From contig DAOLCW010000002.1 in the NCBI GenBank assembly GCA_035327665.1, forward strand, positions 3,237 to 67,236: a DNA stretch of 64,000 nucleotides. Reading direction: 5' to 3'. The stretch is from Kiritimatiellia bacterium (lineage in GTDB: Bacteria; Verrucomicrobiota; Kiritimatiellia; CAIVKH01). The notes beneath the pieces were generated by a model that was given only the letters and a program-made list of their open reading frames with translations, was not told where the DNA came from and searched no databases. This document shows positions 57,416-64,000 of this stretch, one piece after another (position 1 is the stretch's first letter; every line of letters starts with the position of its first letter). Made by a program: the position numbers and the translations under genes.

Positions 57416-59506
57416 GTGACCTTCCGAGCCGTCATTCTGGGACTGCTGGGAGTTGCCTTCGTTAACTCCTACACCTACTTCAACGACTGGATCATGCGCC
57501 AGACCATGTTCGTGGGCAATTTCATGCCCATTTCCGTCTATGGCCTGCTTGTGATCTTCCTTGCTTTCCTCTACCCCCTCCTTTCCAAAATTAGCCGCGC
57601 CCTCCTGCTCCGCCGTTCCGAACTCGCGGTCATTCTCGTCCTCGTCCTCGCCTCCTGCGCGATCCCCGGCTCCAACCTCCTCCGCCTCTTTACCCCCGCC
57701 CTTGTCATGCCCCACCGTTTCGAAAAAACCGAACCGGGCTGGCAAAACCAACGCATCATGGATCTCGTCCCCGACGGCGCCTTTTCCATCGGAGCCGGCA
57801 AGACCGTCCCCTACTCCATGCTCGTCGACGTCTCCCGCGACGAAGAACTCGTACTCAGCGGCTTCACCCGCGGCCTCAGCGAAGCCTCCGACCGCCTCGC
57901 CTTCTCCGAGGTGCCATGGGACGCCTGGCAACCCGCCCTCATCTTCTGGCTCCCCATCATTCTCAGTTTGTGGATCGCCCTCGTCTGCCTTGCCCTCGTC
58001 GTCCATCGACAGTGGGCCGACCACGAGCACCTGCCCTACCCCATCGTCACCTTCACCAAATCCCTCCTCCCCGAGGAAAATGGCGACCGCGGTCCCATCC
58101 TCAGCAGCAAACTCTTCTGGCTCGCCCTCGGCGCCGTCTTCGCCATTCACGGCTACAACTACCTCAACCTCTGGTTCTCCAATTACCTGTTTGGCCAAAT
58201 TCCCCTCGGCATCGACTTCTCCTCCCTCTCCAACCTTTCCGACACCTTTGAAAAAGGCGGCGGACGCCAGCTCCTCGAAAAATTCACCCTCTACTTTACC
58301 GTGGTCGCCGTCGCCTACTTCCTCCCCAAGGAAGTCTCCCTCTCCCTCGGCATCGGCCCCTTTATCTGGATCTTCATCGCCGGCATGTTCGCCACCTACG
58401 GCGTCGGCGTCGGCGGCTGGCAGGGAAGCTGGCCGTTTGGCCTCACCATGGACGCCATGATGATCATGGGCGCCTACTTCGGCATGCTCGTTGTCCTCCT
58501 TTACACCGGCCGCCAATACTATTCCGCCGTGTTCCGCCGGGCCTTCGGCATCCCCTCCCGTGAACCCGTGGAAAGCTCCGCCATCTGGGGCGCCCGCTTC
58601 TTCATGATCGGCATGGCCTTCTTCACCGTGTACTCCGCCCTCGTCGCCGGACTCGACTGGCCCATCGCCCTCCTCTTCGGCCTCGGCCTCGTCGCTGTCT
58701 ACCTTGTCATGGCTCGCCTCCTCGCCGAAACCGGACTCTTCTTCATCGTCACCACCGGCACCCCCGCCACCCTCATCTGGGCCTTCTTCGGAGCCCGCGC
58801 CCTCGGCCCCGAAATCCTCTTCCTCATGTTCATGTTCTGCATCGTGCTCTTCTACGACACCCGCGAAGCCCTCATGCCCTATGTCGTCAACGGCCTCAAA
58901 CTCGCCGACGACTGCAAAGCCAAGGTGGGCCGCACCGCCTTCTTCGTCATCGTCGCCATTTTCGTCGGCCTCGGCGTCGGACTTCCCGTGACCCTCTACT
59001 TCCAATACTCCAACGGCGTCGATGTCTCCCTCTGGAAAATCGAGCAGGCCAAGCGCCCCTTCAACGAGACCATCAGCATCATGCAACGACTCGATGCCCA
59101 GGGCCAACTGGAGGAAGCCGGTCAGGTCACCGGAATCAAGCGCTTCCTCGAAGCTTCCCCCCATCGCAACGGCCTCATCGCCTTCTTCGCCGCCGCCGGG
59201 CTCGTCATCGGATTTTCCTTCCTCCGCCTCCGCTTCACCAACTGGCCGCTCCACCCCGTCATGTTCCTCGTCTGGTCCACCTATGCCGGCGACTCCTTCG
59301 CCCAGTCCTTCCTCGTCGGATGGTTGATCAAGCTCCTCATCACCAAATATGGCGGCATGGGCATCTACCAGAAATGCAAGCCCATCATGTTCGGACTCAT
59401 CGCCGGGGAAATGCTTGGCGGCGTCGTCCCCATGGTCGTCAGCCTCATCTACTACATCACCACCGGCGGCGAGCTGCCCAAACCCTTTGCCATCATGCCC
59501 GGATAA
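57416..59506 (+). CDS. large polytopic integral membrane protein, unknown family (GTG start)
   Basis: 696 aa, more than 12 predicted hydrophobic helices, several W/G/Y-rich loops. Confidence 0.55.
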   Translation: MTFRAVILGLLGVAFVNSYTYFNDWIMRQTMFVGNFMPISVYGLLVIFLAFLYPLLSKISRALLLRRSELAVILVLVLASCAIPGSNLLRLFTPALVMPHRFEKTEPGWQNQRIMDLVPDGAFSIGAGKTVPYSMLVDVSRDEELVLSGFTRGLSEASDRLAFSEVPWDAWQPALIFWLPIILSLWIALVCLALVVHRQWADHEHLPYPIVTFTKSLLPEENGDRGPILSSKLFWLALGAVFAIHGYNYLNLWFSNYLFGQIPLGIDFSSLSNLSDTFEKGGGRQLLEKFTLYFTVVAVAYFLPKEVSLSLGIGPFIWIFIAGMFATYGVGVGGWQGSWPFGLTMDAMMIMGAYFGMLVVLLYTGRQYYSAVFRRAFGIPSREPVESSAIWGARFFMIGMAFFTVYSALVAGLDWPIALLFGLGLVAVYLVMARLLAETGLFFIVTTGTPATLIWAFFGARALGPEILFLMFMFCIVLFYDTREALMPYVVNGLKLADDCKAKVGRTAFFVIVAIFVGLGVGLPVTLYFQYSNGVDVSLWKIEQAKRPFNETISIMQRLDAQGQLEEAGQVTGIKRFLEASPHRNGLIAFFAAAGLVIGFSFLRLRFTNWPLHPVMFLVWSTYAGDSFAQSFLVGWLIKLLITKYGGMGIYQKCKPIMFGLIAGEMLGGVVPMVVSLIYYITTGGELPKPFAIMPG

Positions 59507-59508
59507 CC

Positions 59509-60981
59509 ATGAAGCCCATTGATGTCAAAGAACAACCCATCCTCAGCGCCGGGCGCGTCTTCCAAATCGCCCTCTCCGGCGTCAAATACCGCCTCTTTCG
59601 CGCCGCCGTCACCGTCGCCGTCATCACCGTGGCCATGGCCTTCCTCATGAACATCCTCACCGAGAGCCTCATCAAACGGGCCGTCGCCGACTCCGTCCGC
59701 GAGCAAATCGAGGATCTCCGCACCGTCGACGCCTGGATCGCCAAACTTTCCATCCCTCAGACCACCGAGGAAATCCTCGAACAGATCGCTTCCGTCTCCC
59801 AATCCGAACTCGACCTCCACGAACTCGTCCACATGAGCGGAAAGCCCTCCGAAGCCCTCCTCGCCGCCGAACCCGTCGCCCGCGACGCCCTCTTCTATCT
59901 CCGCTTCTTCAACGACATGAACTTTGGCCGCCGCCGCGTCCTCGTCGGTAGCGCCGAAGCCACCCGGATCTTCGACCACCTCCAAACCCCCGCCGCCTGG
60001 CAAACCTTTACCGCCAACCTCGCCGACATGCACACCATCCGCTTCCCTGCCGCCGTGGAGGACTTCGAAGCCTTCCTCGCCGCCTGGCCTGACCTTCGCT
60101 CCCTCGTCGCCTCCGTTCGCGACGGCCAGGCCCGGGCCATCCGACACGTCCAGCGAAACCTCGGCGACACCCCGCTCGCTCAAGCCCTCCGCGCCGCCGA
60201 CGGCCCCTTCGGCGAAGTCCTCCGCGAGGCAGGCTTCGCCCTCTCCGAACGTCAGGCCGCCACCCTCTCCACCGAAGTCGAACGCCTCGAAGCCATCCAG
60301 CGCATCGAAGGCACCATTAACAACCCCGGCATCCGCCAGGCCGTTGCCGCCGACCGCGATGTCCTCCCCGGCGACGTCTCCATGCAACTCATCTGGGGAC
60401 TCCTTCGCCAACGCGACCGCAGCGAGTGGTTCTACGACCTCATGGCCGAGCATGGCCTCAACGTCGATCAACTTTCCCCCCAACGCATCGAGGAACTCGC
60501 CGCCCATCAAGGCCACGTTCGCCTCCTCAAAATCGCCGAACGCCAGACCACCGGGGCTGGCGGCGGCTTCATGGACATCGGACCCCGCATGACCTGGCTC
60601 GCCATGGTCTCCATGCTCGTCTGCGCCGTCGGCATCACCAACGCCATGCTTATGTCCGTCACCGAACGCTTCCGCGAAATCGCCACCCTGAAATGCCTCG
60701 GCGCCCTCGATGGCTTCATCATGGTCGTCTTCCTCATCGAAGCCGGCATCCTCGGCATCGTCGGCGGCATCGGCGGGGCCATCATCGGACTCCTCCTCGG
60801 CTTCGTCCGCATGCTCTTCACCTTCCAAAGCCTCGCCTTCAACGCCTTCCCCCTCACCCAACTCCTATACGCCGGACTCATCTCCATCGGTCTCGGCATG
60901 ATCCTCGCCGCCGTCGCCGCCGTGTACCCGTCCATGCGGGCCGCCCGGCTCGCTCCCATGGAGGCCATGCGCATCGAATGA
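59509..60981 (+). CDS. FtsX-family (type VII ABC / MacB-LolC-like) permease with single N-terminal TM, ~340-aa extracytoplasmic alpha-helical domain, then 3-TM FtsX domain
   Basis: ORF track start 59320 trimmed to ATG 59509; C-terminus ...MSVTERFREIATLKCLGALDGFI...YPSMRAARLAPMEAMRIE is canonical FtsX. Confidence 0.75.
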   Translation: MKPIDVKEQPILSAGRVFQIALSGVKYRLFRAAVTVAVITVAMAFLMNILTESLIKRAVADSVREQIEDLRTVDAWIAKLSIPQTTEEILEQIASVSQSELDLHELVHMSGKPSEALLAAEPVARDALFYLRFFNDMNFGRRRVLVGSAEATRIFDHLQTPAAWQTFTANLADMHTIRFPAAVEDFEAFLAAWPDLRSLVASVRDGQARAIRHVQRNLGDTPLAQALRAADGPFGEVLREAGFALSERQAATLSTEVERLEAIQRIEGTINNPGIRQAVAADRDVLPGDVSMQLIWGLLRQRDRSEWFYDLMAEHGLNVDQLSPQRIEELAAHQGHVRLLKIAERQTTGAGGGFMDIGPRMTWLAMVSMLVCAVGITNAMLMSVTERFREIATLKCLGALDGFIMVVFLIEAGILGIVGGIGGAIIGLLLGFVRMLFTFQSLAFNAFPLTQLLYAGLISIGLGMILAAVAAVYPSMRAARLAPMEAMRIE

Positions 60982-61745
60982 CCGCCACCCTTCCAGCCTC
61001 CCCGACCATCGATCCGGCCACCTCCCAGCGCGTGATCATCCGCACCGTCGGCATGAAGAAGATCTACCGCCGCGGCGAGGAAATCACCCATGCCCTTCGC
61101 GGCGTCGATGTCGAAATCTACACCGGCGAATTCATCACCGTCATGGGCCCCTCCGGCTCCGGAAAGAGTACCTTCTTCAACATGATCGGCGCTCTCGACA
61201 GCCCCTCCGAAGGCCGCGTCTTCATCGATGAAGTCGATGTCGCCCAACTGACCGCCGAGGAACTCGCCTTCCTCCGGTGCCGCAAGATCGGCTACATCTT
61301 CCAGTCCTACAACCTCATCCAATACATGACCGCCCTTGAAAACGTCACCACCCCCATGGCCTTCGGCGGCGTCTCCCCCGACGTCGCCCGCGGACGCGGC
61401 ATGGATCTGCTCGACCTCGTCGGCCTCAAGCCCCGCTGGTTCCACCGCCCCATCGAAATGTCCGGCGGCCAGCAGCAGCGCGTCGCCATCGCCCGCGCCC
61501 TTGCCAACCAACCCTCCATCCTCCTTTGCGACGAGCCCACCGCCAACCTCGACCACCGCACCGGCGACGAAATCCTCGATATTCTCCAGAAGCTCAACAA
61601 GGAACGCGGCGTGACCATCATTTGCGCAACCCATGACCACCGCATGATGAACATCTGCGACCGCCTCATGTGGATACGCGACGGCGGCATCGAACGCATC
61701 GCCCGCCGCGACGAAGTTCAAGTGGAGGTCGGCAGCATTGAGTGA
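60978..61745 (+). CDS. ABC transporter ATP-binding protein, MacB/LolD/FtsE-type
   Basis: ATGA overlap with FtsX gene; Walker A GPSGSGKST, Q-loop, signature MSGGQQQRVAIARAL, Walker B ILLCDEPTANLD, H-loop ATHD. Confidence 0.85.
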   Translation: MTATLPASPTIDPATSQRVIIRTVGMKKIYRRGEEITHALRGVDVEIYTGEFITVMGPSGSGKSTFFNMIGALDSPSEGRVFIDEVDVAQLTAEELAFLRCRKIGYIFQSYNLIQYMTALENVTTPMAFGGVSPDVARGRGMDLLDLVGLKPRWFHRPIEMSGGQQQRVAIARALANQPSILLCDEPTANLDHRTGDEILDILQKLNKERGVTIICATHDHRMMNICDRLMWIRDGGIERIARRDEVQVEVGSIE

Positions 61746-64000
61746 CCTCCTCTCCAACCTCACCGCCGCCCGCCTGTTCCTCGTCGCCGGGATCTGGCTT
61801 GCCGCCGTCGCCCCCGCATCCGCCTCCCTCCGCGCGGATGTCGAAGCCCTCACCCGTCATCCCCACCGCTTAAGCGGCACCCCCGAATACGCCGCCGCCG
61901 CCGATCACGTCGAGCAGCGCCTTCGCGACATCGGAATCACCAACCTCGTCGTTCAGGAATTCCCCTCCGTCCAAAACAAAATCCTCCGGGCTGAACTTGT
62001 CGCCGGCGAAACCACCTTCCCCCTCGTCCCCGCCCGACCCAACGGCATCATCCCCCCCACCACCCCGCCCGCAGGCATCACCGGCGAACTCATCGACCTC
62101 GGCGACGCCACCGACGACGACCTCAACCGCATCAACGTCCATGGCCGCATCGTCGTCATGTCCTACAACGCCCACATGCAGTGGTACAAAGCCTTCCGCC
62201 TCGGCGCCCGCGCCGTCATCTTCACCGATGGCCACGAAGGCGACTCCCTCCACCAACACTACCTCCGCGTCAATGCCAACCTCCCCCGCTATTACTACGA
62301 GGGCGACCGCGCCAGCCTCCCCTTCGGCCAGACCGTAACCCTCCATTCCGAAGTCACCTGGCAACGAACCACCGGCCGCAACATCATCGCCTTCCTTCCC
62401 GGAACCGACCCCGTCTTCGACCTCGGTCGCGAAGAAGTGGTCATCATCGCCGCCAACCTCGACACCTTCGGCGACTTCCCCGCCGCCTCCCCCGGCGCCC
62501 GCTCCGCCGCCAACGTCGCCGGCCTCCTCCACCTTGCCGAAACCTTCAAGAACAATCCCCCCCGCCGCCACATCGTCCTCGCCTTCTTCGACAACCAAGC
62601 CCGCTCCCATGCCGGAGCCATCGCCTTCTACTGGGCCCTCGAAAACCGCATCCCCGAAGCCACCATCGCCGCCCGCCTCGAATCCTGGCAGGCCGAAGTC
62701 GAATTCCTCGCCAACATCAGCGCCATCCTCGCCCAATCCAACCCCCTCGAGCACCTCGCCATGCCCGGCGGACGCCGCCTCGACGACCGCCTCAACGACA
62801 AGGCCCGCGACCTCGCCCTCGACCTTCGCGGACGCCTCATGCAAATGCGCGAAGCCTACCTCGCCCACGCCGAGGACCACCCCGATGACGAAACCCGCCG
62901 CCAGCAGCTCCGCCTCGACATCGAAACCGCCGAAGCCGAATTCGACCTCTGGAACGACCTGCGCCGGGCCCTTCGCCGGGCCCGCGGCATCCCTCCCGAA
63001 CTCCAGCCCCAGCTCGACCGCGTCATCCAATCCGTCCGCGACGACGTCGCCCGCCGCCAGCAGGAACTCCGCGACACCGAATCCATGCTCCTTTCCTCCA
63101 AGCGCATCTTTGACCTCCTCGGCGATCGCTGGATCACCCTCCACACCTCGCTTATCCTCGGCGACAGCACCGCCCGCTGGGGCGTCATCATCGGCGGCGA
63201 CTCGGAAATCCGCAACGCCGACCTCGACCAGCCCGGCCTCTACGGCCGCGTCCAGCAAAGTTTCCTTCGCGCCTTCGACGCCCAAGTCCGGGCCGGCCAG
63301 CCCGCCCGCAATTTCGAACGGGCCACCGTCGACGCCACCCTCACCCAGCCCCGCCTCATCTGGGCCGCCCGCGGCCTCATCCACAGCGGTGAAGTCTCCG
63401 GCCGCTACGGCATCTACAACATCGTCCTCGGCACCACCCACGAAACCCTCCCTCGCGAAGGCACCCCCGCCGACACCCTCGACCAGCTCGACCTCGATCG
63501 CATCGAAACCAAAATCCGCGAAATCGGCGGCATCATGACCGCCCTCGGCAACCTCAACGCCCAGGTCGGCGAGGTCGAAGCCGTCGCCGACCAGCGCGGC
63601 CTTTCCCTCCGCCGGGTCATCGGCACCGACTACTCCTACATCAACCCCCGCTTCCGCAACCAGGTCAGCGAAGGCGCCATGGCCATGGGTCGCCATCGCG
63701 GCAGCTCCATCCCCAACCTCCCCGTCCGAAATGCCGTCATTCAGGTCAACATGGTCCAGCCCTGGAACCGCATCATCTGGCCCCACAACAAATACCCCGC
63801 CTTCGATCCCTTCCAGGTCATCATGACCGACCAAAACGGCTCCTACACCATCGGCGGCCTCGCCAAGCAGGACTCATGGCCCCAGCCCACCGCCTTCGCC
63901 GCCCGCTTCAATGCCCGCGGCGTCCCCTTTGAAGTCTCCGACATGCGGTCCGTCAACTCCCTCCGCACCCGCATCAACATGGTCCGGGCCCGCGGCGGCT
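61738..64000 (+). CDS. secreted PA-domain M28-family homologue with degenerate metal-ligand motifs (pseudo-peptidase) and long helical C-terminal region; 3' end beyond window; TTG start tentative
   Basis: not in ORF track (no in-window stop). Signal peptide LFLVAGIWLAAVAPASA; PA-like GRIVVMSYNAHMQWYKAFRLGARAVIFTD; M28 motif positions read AANLDT / GARSAANVAGL / FFDNQ. Confidence 0.6.
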   Translation, partial: MSDLLSNLTAARLFLVAGIWLAAVAPASASLRADVEALTRHPHRLSGTPEYAAAADHVEQRLRDIGITNLVVQEFPSVQNKILRAELVAGETTFPLVPARPNGIIPPTTPPAGITGELIDLGDATDDDLNRINVHGRIVVMSYNAHMQWYKAFRLGARAVIFTDGHEGDSLHQHYLRVNANLPRYYYEGDRASLPFGQTVTLHSEVTWQRTTGRNIIAFLPGTDPVFDLGREEVVIIAANLDTFGDFPAASPGARSAANVAGLLHLAETFKNNPPRRHIVLAFFDNQARSHAGAIAFYWALENRIPEATIAARLESWQAEVEFLANISAILAQSNPLEHLAMPGGRRLDDRLNDKARDLALDLRGRLMQMREAYLAHAEDHPDDETRRQQLRLDIETAEAEFDLWNDLRRALRRARGIPPELQPQLDRVIQSVRDDVARRQQELRDTESMLLSSKRIFDLLGDRWITLHTSLILGDSTARWGVIIGGDSEIRNADLDQPGLYGRVQQSFLRAFDAQVRAGQPARNFERATVDATLTQPRLIWAARGLIHSGEVSGRYGIYNIVLGTTHETLPREGTPADTLDQLDLDRIETKIREIGGIMTALGNLNAQVGEVEAVADQRGLSLRRVIGTDYSYINPRFRNQVSEGAMAMGRHRGSSIPNLPVRNAVIQVNMVQPWNRIIWPHNKYPAFDPFQVIMTDQNGSYTIGGLAKQDSWPQPTAFAARFNARGVPFEVSDMRSVNSLRTRINMVRARGG

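Noticed and set aside
57390-57419. 9-codon uORF MNTITRIKM immediately upstream of and overlapping the membrane-protein GTG start
   Set aside because: It is too short for a RiPP precursor and lacks an RBS. At most it is a translational-coupling element; it is not reported as a gene.
57302-63834. Very long minus-strand ORFs (57302..59254 650 aa; 59452..60861 469 aa; 60507..61853 448 aa; 61870..63834 654 aa), extremely Gly/Glu/Asp/Ala-rich
   Set aside because: They are antisense shadows of the + strand genes. The sense strand is G-poor at third positions, so the antisense frames lack stop codons. The products are low-complexity, whereas the + strand frames give TM helices and FtsX/ABC/M28 motifs.
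56078-64000. Lasso-peptide (or other classical RiPP) biosynthetic cluster, suggested by the PqqD/RRE-like gene plus an ABC transporter
   Set aside because: There is no Asn-synthetase-like lasso cyclase, no transglutaminase-like leader peptidase, and no rSAM, YcaO or LanB/LanM. No precursor peptide was found. The ABC module is FtsX/MacB-type rather than the usual single-polypeptide exporter.

Overview
This 64-kb window is high-GC (roughly 60-65%) bacterial chromosomal DNA, densely packed with housekeeping genes on both strands.

Gene content, in order:
- + strand, 1-15879: 3' end of prfB, then trpC-trpF-trpB, a YicC-family gene, gmk, a 40-aa Lys/Ala-rich histone H1-like ORF that the ORF track misses, nrdR, one hypothetical, and the full rod-shape cluster mreB-mreC-mreD-mrdA(PBP2)-rodA, followed by rng (RNase G) and a secreted GH13 alpha-amylase.
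- - strand, 15893-20248: moaD-moaC and a heterodimeric ABC exporter pair.
- + strand, 20341-23494: a three-gene operon of a DUF3108-like protein, a photolyase/cryptochrome-FAD-domain protein and a secreted alpha/beta hydrolase.
- + strand, 24381-31998: gap-pgk-tpiA-secG and an ABC importer (binding protein plus two permeases, no ATPase gene present).
- - strand, 32107-34454: cfa, DUF1295 and DUF2062.
- 34578-40411: a zinc-ribbon (COG1579) gene, RNase P RNA (rnpB), a hypothetical, rnr (- strand) and glgA.
- - strand, 40560-51329: lepB-lepA-rpe-truA-ruvX-manC-trpA-coaX-uvrB and a SAM methyltransferase.
- 51365-55987: tRNA-Leu(UAA), a B12-binding/radical-SAM-like protein that appears to lack the Fe-S cysteine motif, speA (- strand) and fabI.

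The most unusual region is the 3' end (56078-64000). It is a tightly coupled + strand operon in this order:
- a hypothetical protein;
- a PqqD/RRE-like peptide-binding protein;
- a 696-aa polytopic membrane protein;
- a single-domain FtsX-family permease with a roughly 340-aa periplasmic insert;
- a MacB/FtsE-type ATPase;
- a signal-peptide-bearing PA-domain M28 homologue whose metal-ligand motifs appear degenerate, i.e. a transferrin-receptor/EnvC-like pseudo-peptidase, running off the window.

This operon has extreme G-depleted codon third positions, which generates many long spurious antisense ORFs in the six-frame track. No mobile elements or CRISPR arrays were seen.
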